A stretch of DNA of 64,000 nt, taken from assembly GCF_052425735.1 (NCBI RefSeq), contig NC_135769.1:4154001-4218000 (forward strand), read 5' to 3'. This DNA comes from Oculina patagonica (Eukaryota). The notes under the pieces were generated by a model. That model made no database searches. It was not told the DNA's origin and worked only from the letters and a program-made list of their open reading frames with translations. Both the position numbers and the translations under genes were made by a program. Positions 1 to 11,700 of this stretch are shown one piece after another (position 1 is the stretch's first letter; each line of letters opens with the position of its first letter).

Positions 1-3000
1 GTCTTTTGAAGTAGTTTCCGCAATGTTTTCTACAACTGAGTTATCAGGTAAAGAGATGGATTTTGTTATTTCTGTAAACAAAATTTCTTGTCCATTTACG
101 TGTGACCTTTTTTCGGTGAAACCTTCAGAGACTACAGTTATGTTACCCGGGTAGGAAGAAGAACGGCTATGCCCCAAAGTTGATGTCTTTGAGTCAGAAA
201 TTGATTCGGAAGTCTCCTTTACTGTTGAATCGTCTAGTGGAAAATTTTTCAAATCCCCCGTTGCATCTTGGGAATTACCCTCTTCTATAGACACAATGGC
301 TGCGTTTCTTTTTTTTCTTCTTTTTCTTTCTCTTCTTCTCTTGTTTGGATTCATCTGGTGAAAAAAAGACATGAGAAATGTTAATGATTTTATAGCATTA
401 CCACATGACATTATATCTTTCAGACAGTAGGTATGCTGTGATTGGCCAATTTGAAAGGTTACTTTTGCAACCTGAACATTTTAGACTGCAAAAGTAAAAG
501 AAAACATTTTATGTTTACCTTTCTCCAAAGTGAGAGATAAAATAAACATTTTATTTATCTCATTCAGTCTGAACTCCAAGATATCGATCTTTGTTTTTCC
601 CATAACATGCAAAAATTAATGGGAATGAAACGTGTCTGTGTCTTTCAGTAAGGGGTATATATTTTACATGTTTTGTTGAGATGTTTACGATATTTCCCAC
701 AATAGGCACTGGTCAACTGCTCACACAAATCACACAGCCCCAGTTCAATCAGTAGCATTTGATAATCAGTCCGTTTTATGACTGATCTGTGGTCAGAGAC
801 AGACACCACTACATTTTGCATTATTCTTTCCGGACTACGACTCCCAAGCTGAGAAAATTTTAGTTGCACCTATATATACCACAGTGAGTATGTTATTAGA
901 ATTTGGTGGTACACCAAGACAGTATCCTCTTGTTAGAGATTTTGCAAGCAGGCTCACCTTGGGGCCCGCACAGTCGCGAGTCGAGTGTGTCCTAGAGGCA
1001 TAAACTAATATTCGCGCATGCCCCAAGGTGAGCGTGCATTGGTTGGGGGACATACTATTCTCATCACCTGTCTGCATAACAATGTATTGATATTGTTGGG
1101 AGAAATAAGATCTTTATCTGTTGTCTATTTTGGTTTTGGAGTAATGTGACAAGGGTTACTGACCGGTTAGCTCAGCAGAATATACAGGAGCAGGTTCCAC
1201 TACAGGCTTTTGTGGAAATGATGGTAAAATATTGCTAAACATGTCTTTGTTGATTGTCATTACTGGTGCCTGTGGAAAAAATAAGAATGATGCAAAATAA
1301 AATACATGGAAAATACTGTATATCATTCTACAAAGATTCTTATAGAGATCCTTAGGGCCTGGGAGGGACTTCCACATGAAAGGGGTGGTAATCTTGTTGA
1401 AAAATGTTAATTAAACCCCTAAGGGAGACCAATCTTGGCGTGATGCAAGGTTTTTTTGACCCCTAAGAGATACCATTTTTCATACATGATCAGCCAAGAC
1501 TGCCAACACAGTATTATGGCTCATTTTTATTTAAATTAACATGCAACCCTAAATGAGACCTTAAATGGCTAAAAATATTGGCATTCTGTTCTGAACAACC
1601 TCAGTGAGACCCAAATCATTCTGTAATTTACACCCAAAAATAAGACAATGAGCCCTCCTGTCCCTTTCATATGGGAGTGCCCCCCCCCCCCCCCCATCCC
1701 CGGGCCTTAGGGATACTGAATCATCCCAAAAGATCTTGAAAGTTCCCATTATGATTTCTTTGGTAAAACATCCAGAAAAACCCTCATCAAATCCTAGTGG
1801 ATCTTGGAGAATCTTTGCACAGATCTTTGCAAGGATCTTTGCTACAATCTTTGCCCTCATTTGATTTTTTATTTAACCAACTAATCAGAAACTTGCCTGT
1901 CGTACGATGTTCAGTTCCTCACTATCAACAGTAAGGGCAAACAAAATAGGGCTAAGACCTGCAGAAAAATAATAACAATGACATAAACATTCAATTTCTC
2001 CCACTTGGAAATCACCAAACATGTTTTTATACCAGCTTAAGGTATTAGTATAGGGCAGACATCCATTAGATGGATTAGGCTTCAAAGTGAACTACACTTA
2101 CAAAGCTGTTGTAGTGAACTGCAAATTACTCGCTATACGCTATGTTATAGTAGACCTTTACAGCTATTGCATGTTTTGGGGGCAATGGACAGTTGTGTAT
2201 TCTATAGGCAACATAAACATTAATTTTACAAATCAAACTAGTTGCAGATGAAAATAATATTTACAATTAACTGTGTTACATCATGGCTACATTGACAACC
2301 CCATCTCACTTTTTCCCTCAATTAACCCCTGCAGGGCATTCTGTTTGTTGATGGGCTGATCCATGGAACCCAAAAGGGTCTTCTCTATGCCATCATCAGT
2401 CATACAAGTAAGAGGCCCATCAGGCCAGAGCTGATCCTGGTTTCTGTAAATGTACCATTAAGAGACTAGGAGTATTTCTACACCCACCCCCCCCCCTCCG
2501 ATGGGATGCTAATCCATCGCAGGGTTAGCCCAGCTGATTTGAGAAGGGCACTGTGAGAGTGAAGTGTCCTGCTCAAGAACACAACCCATTGATCCTGACC
2601 AGAACTCGAACACTGGCTGCTTGATTTGGAGTCTGGTGTGCTAACCATTAGCCCACTGCGCCTCCCAATAGACGCACTCAAAAAATATTTTTATAAATCT
2701 TTCTCACCTGCAGCGATCATGGGAAGCATACTGGCACGCTCTTCATCCATAAAGAAAGCTTCTTTTTCATAAAAATGACTGTTGTATTCCAATCATGAAC
2801 AAAACATGAAATAAAATTAAAATTATATTCCTTAGACCTTAGGCCTAATTTTCGTCTGTTAATTATTTACAATGCCCACTATACAAAGTGTCCATTTATT
2901 AAAATACTGTACGGTACACCTGGGTGGAGAGAGGCACTGTGAGAGTAAAGTGTCTTGCCAAAGAACACAACTGAATGCCCTGGCTAAGGTGTCCCAACCC

Positions 3001-6000
3001 AGACAACTCTAATCAGAGTCCAGCAGACTAGTGGAGGGGAGGAGGGGGGGGGGGAAGGCTGAGTGACTTAGGGGTAGGAGGGCTACAGGAAGCAGGAAAC
3101 GAGAGGGTGTGAAGTGGGATTCTCAAAGTGCTGGCAATGCCAACCAGGAGGAAAATTTTGCAACATATTTTGAAATAATTTGCAATAGAAATAACACAAG
3201 GAGGCTGGAACTACTAAGGAAGCGGGGTGGGTGGGGGGGGGGGAAGGAATGGGAAGTGGGATGTACAATGTACAACCCCCTCCCCCCATCACACAAGCCT
3301 TTATGCCAGTGTGACTCCCACATGTTGATTTAATTTATTTAACAAATGTTTCACACAGATAAACTTACCTTATAAGTGTTTTATCTCCCAGCATGTTATG
3401 GAAAAATCGTTCTAATGAATGTTCATTCAGTGCAGACCTCAGCCAAGCACGGCCTTGAAAAGAGCAACCATTAATTCAAAATTTATTGTTCAACATTTTA
3501 TTAACAAGAAACAGTTTTCCAAACATTTCTAAATTAAACCTGCAAAATTTATTTACAGGAAATTCCCCTAATTATTAGATTAAAAACTGCCAGTGTTTAT
3601 GAGTCAAAAGCATGAGACTTTTATCCTGGGAGTGCATATTTGAAGAAAACTCAATCTTATAAGTGTCTGAATGTAATTTAGGCTAAGTTAAAATCGAGCC
3701 AATGCTGGTCATTGGCGACTGTGGCACCATGCATTGTGAAGAGACAAACAGCCTGCCCTTCTTGAGGCTCGCATTTCGCCTGGAACCACCACCCACTTTC
3801 ATAGGCACCTTCCCCAAGCTTATTTATTGGCAATGTGTTTAACTGAAGATGTCTAAAGACCTCTAAAGATTTCTGAAGTTCTCACCCTGAGAGCAGACTG
3901 AAATACCCCTTAACTTTTGCCAGTCCCAGTCTTAGTATACACTTCCCCAAACACAAGCTTGTGGCCAGCCATTTACATTGGACTTTTCTTTTCTTTTCTT
4001 TCACTGATTCGAGCATGTCTATTCTTGAACTGGTTCAAGGTACACATAATTATATTAAAACGTTTTAATCAATTTTATTCATTTTTGATGTCACAAAAAT
4101 GAACTTGCGGCTCCCGTGGGAGGGGAGGGGTCTCAAATATTTTGGGGGTGTGCCATGAAGGTTTTTAAGCCCTGACCCTATTTAAGGATAAAGAAAGCGA
4201 AAGTTTCAAGACCCCCCTTTTAAGGCCCAAAACCAAAAAAATGACACCCTATTCAAGGAGAGGAGAAGCGTTCAGTGATGACCCAAATAACGGCTAACAG
4301 CGCACTACAAAACACAAAAATTTTTATTAAACTGCTTTACTAATACATGATCAGAAAGTTCAGTTTAAAACACCTTTTTTTTGTTTAGCTGGGCATTTAT
4401 TTTAGCTGATAGAATTTAGGTACCCTTTCTAAGGATCAAACCAGGAACACAACACCAAAAGGAGAAAAAATGATACCCTATTTAAGGACCGAGAACCTCA
4501 AAAACCATACCCTATCCTGCAGCACATACCTACCGGTTGTGGCCGCACCTTCCTCAATTTTGGTGAATGGGGGGCACGGAAACATCCTGTGGAGCCCAAG
4601 GCCAAGTCAACTTTCACTCACGAACATATGTCGCACTGCCTTTTCTTCCTCTGCAAGGGAGTGACGCGAGAACAAGAAACGACAGTACCACGAGACAAAT
4701 GCTGACCGCTTCGCTGACCTCACAGAAATGATGGACACCCACTGCAGAGACGGGGGAGAGTCCAAGAACGAGGGACGAGAGCAACCGAAAGAAGTGCGCC
4801 AGTGACCCCTCCAGCTGACTGCATTCGTGACGTGAGATGAGTGTAGAAGATGGGGGGGGACTACGGGTGCGGCATCATGGAACTTTATGGTATATAGCCC
4901 ACATATGGGAGTACCCCCCTGGGTTGTGGCTCCCTACAAAGAAAGACAGCATCTGTAAAGAAGAATGAGGGGCACCTTGTGTAAACAATATTTATAACAC
5001 TGACCTCTTCCAGCATCTGTTGTTGCCTTCTCAAGAGCAAGAAATCTGTCCACCTCCAAGTTTCCCAAGTGACCTTTCACAAAGTTCCAAAATACTAAAA
5101 AAATAAAGGACAGGTTTTGCAATGTAAGCTGTATTCTAGTTGGTAGGTTAAAGCATTCTGAAGATATTTTCAAGACAGTTACCTACCTGAATCTGAGTCT
5201 AACTTTACTATCCCTGCTACTTGGCCAACTTGCCTACATGTGCAAAATATAAAAACCAGATGAATATTGAAGGCCAAAGTGCAATTATTGTAATTAAATG
5301 ACCTTTAAATTCATATCACAAAAGAATAGAGTACATTTTATCAAATGGTGAAAAGGATTTAACCACACCCCATACCTCCATCAATGAAAGCCCCTTAAGC
5401 TTATCATACTCCAAAAATATGTGTTGTGTTTCATTTTAACACTTGGTACAACTTGGTATTTTTCCTTTGTTCTGGTGTATGGTAATAATTATATGACAAT
5501 GAACATAAAACAAAGGAAACTACCAAATTGTACCAAGGGGAAAATTATGCCTCCTGAATGTATAAAAAGTTCATTATGGCAAGTCTGGACTAATCCTGGG
5601 TCCAAGCCAACAGACCACACTATATGGTTTTTGCGGCAAGAAAACTAAAAACAGAAGTATTCCTCCTGGACGAGATGTTAGTCCATCACAGCACTATATA
5701 TGTCTGGTTAACCTACATGTAACCATGCAGTGGTCAGTGGTGGATCCAGACCTACAGAAAAGGGGGCTCCAATCATAGACCCTAGAATAAGAGGGGGGGG
5801 GGGGCTCTCTTGAAAATAATTTTTCTCCGCCTTTCGGGTCTCAATTGTTTCTAACAAAGCCCCTCCACTAGATCCGCCACTGATGATACCCACTTAAACT
5901 CCTGCCATGAAGTGAGGCACTTAGAGAGTTAAGTGTCAATACAGTAAACACCCGCGTGTAAGAACCTACAATTTTCTAAGTTTGGCAAAATAGGTTCTTG

Positions 6001-8244
6001 TATTTGGGGGTAGTTATTGGTAATTTAGGCTAAGTACTAGGTTCTTAATAAGGTTCTTAATTTCTAAGGAGGAGCCATAGTTTTTGATTGTACGAAAAGA
6101 AAAAAAATGGGTTTGGTCCTTCATTATGCAGCATTTATTCATAACTGTATTGCTTTAAGCCTCATGCAAGGTCCAAAGAAGACAATTACAGTCTATGTGA
6201 ATCTGTCTTTTCTTTATTTGTAAATAGAGTTTGGGATGTTCTGTTAAAAATGTTCATAAAAATTTTCTATAACCCACATATAAGAACCTGCTGAAATTTG
6301 CTTGGCTAAACAGGTTCTTATATTTTGGGGTATTAAAATGGCAAATTTCTGCCAGCAGGTTATTAAACCACTAGGTTCTTACACGCGGGTGTTTACTGTA
6401 ACACAAAACAATAACCAGGGATTGCCCCAACCTGCACCTCTCAAGTCTCAACCTTTGAGTCCAAGCCCTATGCACCTCCCTTAAAATTATGTAAAATACT
6501 TATTCTTTTACCTAAATGCACTAACTCTGGACTTTTTAAAACCATGTTGGAAGATTGCTTCAAGCTGAGTCAACAGACAAACAACCCTGAAAGAAAACAT
6601 TAATGAATCAGTGATTGAAGGATCCAGTACAATATGGTCTGATCTAAATGGTTATGTCATCTTTGGTACTGGAAGATTTTTCTACTGTTCAAACTGCTCA
6701 ATAAAAACAGTTTCATGAGCTTATTTTAGATTGTTTTTTATTGTAAAGCCACACGTTGTGGACTAGCTCTAATAATAAAGACTTCTTACAAATTAAGGAC
6801 ATAAAAATGAGAAAACATGCTGCACTTTGCTCCAAAAAACTAAAATTTGAAAACTACATGTAGGCAAGCCTCAAAATGCAGATCTATATAATGTAGAACT
6901 GTTCTGTATTAATTTTGGCCCTTCAATTGCTTCATTACTCACTGTAAAATGGTAAGGTAAAGCCTGCTTTAGAGCCAAGTGGCTCGTCAGGCCAGAACTT
7001 ATGGCCCGGTTTCTGTAGCATAAGCAGCTAGGAGTATTTCTACCCCTGCCCTGGATGGGATGCTGGTTCATCGCAGGGTTACCCCACCCCAGGAGTAAAT
7101 TCGCCGGTACCCATAATACGGGAAAAGAAGCAGAGGACAGCCAAGGGAAACATGGCGGAGAATGGTGGAGAAGGAAGCGCTGAGCTGGGACTAACATCGT
7201 GGGCTGCAGCAGCAGCTGTGGCCAAGAATAGGGACAGATGGCGAGCATTGATGTCCGGCCCTATCACCCACCCGGGGGCAAGGAACTAAGAGACCCATTT
7301 ATACACCTGGGTGGAGAGAGGCACTATAAGAGTAAAGTATGCTGCCTAAGAACACAATGCAGTGCCCAGCCAGCCCTCAAACCCAGACCACTTGATCCGG
7401 AGTCCACATCTTCACTGTAGACACATAACATTACTTATTGATAATACAATCAATTTATCTAGTAATCTAAAGATACATTTAAACAGTAAAACAATAAAAA
7501 TTTCACTTAAAGTAATACATGTACCTGCTGTCTCCATCAGTTGCTAACTCTCTTTTGCCACCAAATCTGACTTGACACTAACAGAAGAATAAAGCAAAAA
7601 TACTTCACTATGCAATGTTTCACTGTGCGTTTATGTGTGTGGTCAGACAGCAGGGCGATGGCAAATGAAACCTTTATTTTGGATGGCCTTGATAATTACC
7701 TGATTTCCTTATCTTTCCAGCATTTGATGCATGGTGTTTTGAATTGGAGTCACCACCCCCACCAACACCCATCTCCCCTGTATTCCACACTTCCCCCCTC
7801 CCATACCCCCCCCCCCTCACCTCTTTTACAACCATATACTCTGTCATATCTAGTAAATCTACCTAAAAAGATAGATTTCAAAGATTAAAAGTAACATTAA
7901 AAGGAACTTAGAGTTTGAAAAGCTAGTAAACTATTAACAAGCCACATGCACCCGAAGGTCGTAAGCGACATCACATTATGCTCGAGATCAACAACAATTC
8001 CATTTATTATAAAGTAAATGTCGGATTTTTACCTGTTTTACGGCATCGAGTAATCTCTCAAGGAGGTGTTGTCGTTCACTTTCTGCGTTTTGCTGCTGGC
8101 CTGGATAAAAGACAGTGCGAATAGGTTTTCAGTACATATGTGATGTAATTTAAGCCGTCAAACTTAAGCTTAATTCGAAAATCACGGATTGAGTGTTGAC
8201 ACCAGAGAACAAAGATTTGCCTAACAATAAAACTTACTACTCAT
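1..8244 (-). CDS. SNX29: Sorting nexin-29 (RUN domain N-terminal part; gene continues beyond position 1)
   Basis: Phase-consistent exons 8238-8244, 8033-8100, 7525-7577, 6512-6586, 5187-5233, 5005-5094, 3369-3453, 2708-2778, 1897-1958, 1164-1269, <1-354. They splice to MSSQQQNAESERQHLLERLLDAVKQCQVRFGGKRELATDGDSRVVCLLTQLEAIFQHG...VFWNFVK...GRGRAWLRSALNEHSLERF...FYEKEAFFMDEERASMLPMIAAGLSPILFAL...KKRKKKKKKRNAAIVSIEE, matching the SNX29 RUN domain and basic stretch as I recall them. Confidence 0.93.
2410..2666 (-). mobile_element. tRNA-derived SINE; related copies at ~2915-3030, 5650-6480, 6950-7420 and 46070-46342
   Basis: Minus-strand tRNA-like head ggaggcgcagtgggctaatggttagc...gttcgag followed by the conserved tgtgttcttgagcaggacactt body. 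Confidence 0.75.
4113..4923. mobile_element. Non-autonomous DNA element with CCC..GGG termini and 8-bp TSD, with a nested insert
   Basis: ttgcggct|cccgtggg...gtaccccctggg|ttgtggct (TSD has one mismatch). Confidence 0.65.
5942..6398. mobile_element. Tc1/mariner (pogo/Tigger-type) MITE inserted in a SINE
   Basis: Perfect TIR CAGTAAACACCCGCGTGTAAGAACCTA with TA TSD. Confidence 0.85.
7115..7292 (+). mobile_element. 5'-truncated RTE-clade LINE 3' end inserted in a SINE
   Basis: Translates to GQPRETWRRMVEKE...SWAAAAAVAKNRDRWRAL (RTE RT C-terminus) and is flanked by acccat repeats. Confidence 0.65.
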
Positions 8245-8782
8245 GATCTGTTTCTGAGCAGACGTCACAAACATTTTAGTTGCCACAATGAAGGTTTAAA
8301 ATACGACAGCAACGCAGCAACTTGTGCTACAAAGCCATCCATCTATCCATCGATCTACTTTCGTCTTTTGCAATCCTCCGACGCCATGTTGTTTTGTTTC
8401 CCAGGCTCTTGTCGACAACATTTGATTGAGGGGAGTTGGGAACGACTCTCCTCGACGCTTGTCTAAACTCGAAGGGAGGGAAGGTTCAGTGTTTATTGAA
8501 ATAGGTAAATGTTGGAGGCTTATATTGGGATTATTTACTAGCAGGTAAGGTATTTTTGATCGGATGCATGTGTCAGAAACACAAGAGGTGTCAATTTTTG
8601 CAAATGATTTCTGTTACGTGAAAGCGCGTTTACAAAACGCAAACGTGAATCTTGAAATGCACAAGCCATGACCTGGCGTGTTTCACGTCTTCATGTGCAA
8701 GCTTAGTTTGAATGGAATTATGCTATAATGAGATTATCAATTTCTGCCCATATTTTTCCTTTGTAAAATGCTGCAGTTTATA
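8245..8782. promoter_or_regulatory. Putative bidirectional promoter and 5' UTRs between divergent SNX29 and CARHSP1
   Basis: Start codons are ~540 bp apart on opposite strands. The region is CpG-richer than its flanks, with candidate 5' UTR donor (CAG|gtaagg ~8545) and acceptor (ctgcag, 8776) for CARHSP1. Confidence 0.6.
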
Positions 8783-11700
8783 ATGTCTTCGGATCATAAA
8801 CAAGATGGCCATGTTGATGCTGCGGACGAGAAACCCGCAGTAAGCCCTTCAAAGGATCATTCCAGCGGCAAACGGACTTCGAGTCCGGAAAGCTCGCCCC
8901 CTCACGCAAGAAAATTCCCATTCAAAATCCCAAGTCCGGTACCTACAAGACGCAATAGGACAACTTCTCAGTGAGTATACAGCATGAACTGTTCTTCTAT
9001 GTAATGAAATAGTGGTGGAGTGCATGATTTCACATAATATTTCGTACAACTACTAATTTTAATTCCCAGCTGTGCGTTTTTAACATAAACAACACATTTT
9101 TAATTACTCAATGGATGCAAAGTGTTGTTAATTGATTTCCTTGCGAATTTTATCAGCTCTGGTCAGAAATGCAGAAATTTCACCAGGCAAATCTGTTGGG
9201 TCTTTGAAGCAACGGTCATGTGTATTTGCACATACATTGTAGACAAGTCCTTCTGCAATAAGATACATACATGTACAAAAATTATGTATGATAAATTATG
9301 AGATCTAGGCAAATAATTTTGTAATGACAATGCTTGCTGGCTCAGGGGGACTTGGGGTACCCTGAACACCGCAACACCACAAAAAATAAACAGACACTGC
9401 ATCACCACAAGAAACTTTAAAGAAACACTATCACCACAATAATTTAATTACCCATATATGGAAAGTGTTCTGTATGTCAGCTAGCATGAAGTTCTTGCTA
9501 GTTGGCTGAACTGAGTGGCAGAGGTCAAGTTACTTAAAAGTTAGTTATCAATGAAAAGGGCTTGGGATTGGCAGCTAAAGCGCATTAAAGATTAACTAGA
9601 CAATGGCCGTGGCCGCACTTGGCGAGTTAATGGAGGTATTTCCAATTTATCAATTAAAATTAACTGTGTTAAAAAATGTCTAATGCGGCCGCGTATTTGG
9701 AGAGTTAACCGACTCTTAACCAAGTTAGCGGTTCCCATGGAAATTAATCAAAGAACAAAAGATTTTTTAACCGAGTTAGGTTAATTATAAACTACCTTTC
9801 TGCGTGGTTTTAACCAGGTTAGTGGTTTCTTATCAGATTCGACTATCTTGGTTGTCAAATCTATCAATCATCACCCTGTAAGAGGAGATGTTCAAGGATC
9901 GATGTTTTTCATAACACGCAAACATGGCGGCTGGTCACAATTCGCACAGTTCGTGGTTTAATTCGTTAGTTGCCCTTAGTACTAGAGAACTGGAGAGCCA
10001 GGGGAACGATTATTTAGTTCAAGAAGGGATACCGTGGTATCATCAGCAAGCTACTTCGGCTGCGGCTTCGCCGTATCTGGCAAGTCTACACAGTGCAATT
10101 ACGCCTGCAATTTTTGAAACACCGCATTCGCCTCAGTCATCAGAAGGCGAAAGTTCAAACTGTTCCACAGCGGGTTCCACAGGAACTTCTCAAACTAAAA
10201 AAAAAACTGCATACGACGAGAACGCATTGAAATATACCCAAACAGTAGGATAATTATGGTACAAATGATAAGGTGATCACGGAAGCCGGCCATTTTGTCT
10301 GTTTATAAATAGCACGTCACTTCAGTCTGGTTTTAATGCGGCCGCTAAAAAATATTAACCGAGTTAGTTTTCCTAACCCTACTTTAACCAAGTTAAGTTG
10401 TGAGGAAATTTTTAACCGGGTTACTAGAAAATTAACCCAGTTAACTCTCAAGTGCGGCCGCGGCCAATATTTGACTGTTCTTTGTCACAAATTTAATACA
10501 TTAGAGAGCTAAATTAATTCTGACGAGTGTCAGAAAAGAAACCGTAACACCGCAAATAATTTTGCTTCACCAAACACCGTGGGTTTAAAGACACAAACAT
10601 CGTACACCATAGGGTTTGAGATCATTAGCAACACTGAAACACCGCAAACCCCCATGTCCCCTTCCTAGCTCCACACCGTACCCTCCCCTGCCCCTATTAC
10701 TCTAGGAGGGATAACCACTCTCTCTTCGTAAAAATTACAAACAGTAATGCAGTAGAATTATACTAATAGCTTGCCCATGTTTGGCTGAAGAAAGCCTTGT
10801 TTTACGTCTCAAATTTTGGAATTTAATGTATTTGGAATTGTTCTTACGTTTTAACCTAATTATGACAGCAAAAAGGTTTTCGTCAGGATGAACAAATTGA
10901 ATGTCCGCTATTTTGGCTGCCATCTTCAAGGCCTGGCTACTCAGCATGATGTATTTGCACACGAGGAACTTGAATCTCAAAAGAAAATTGACAGTGTATT
11001 GTGTAGTTCTGTGATGTACTAATAAAACCCCCAAACGCCCCAGCGGGCAACATTGCAAAATCTATGACATCAGAGGGTAACATTGGGTTACCCGTGAATG
11101 TTGACCAACGAAGGCTGTTCTTCTTAAAGGCCCAGTCAAACACACGCAACATTTCAACAACACATATCGCATCATTGGTGGGTCATGTTGTGAAGGTTCT
11201 GGCCATTAACGCACACATCATTTGAATGCAACATAGCGCAACATTGTTGTGAACAACATGTTGCACGCCTTCGGCCACTGTGTTGCAATAATTTTGCAGC
11301 ATGTTGGATGGTGAAAACTGAACAACTGCACATGCTCTGGTGCAACAATATTGTGCGACCGTGGCCAAAGGAGTACAACATCATGCAAAAGCCAAAAATG
11401 TTGCGAGATGTTGGGAGGAAAATTTGACCATATTCAGACTTGATACGACATCATCCAACATTTTGCAACATGTTGCAACAGGTTGGCCAAATGGTTGCAA
11501 CATGCTGTACGCAACAATGTTGGGATATGTTGTATTGAAATGTTGCGTGCCTTTGGCCGGGCCTTAAGTCTAACAAATCACCTCGTGACTGGTCTCTCGG
11601 GAAACCAGTTAATTTTGTATCGCTCAAATTTCAATGTTTTCCTTGGGTCCACTTCAGGAAACATTAATGTTATGATTGAAAACAAAATTAACTGTTTTCG

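Noticed and set aside
2600-2666. tRNA gene
   Set aside because: The tRNA-like head continues into a SINE body and recurs in degenerate copies; no complete cloverleaf.
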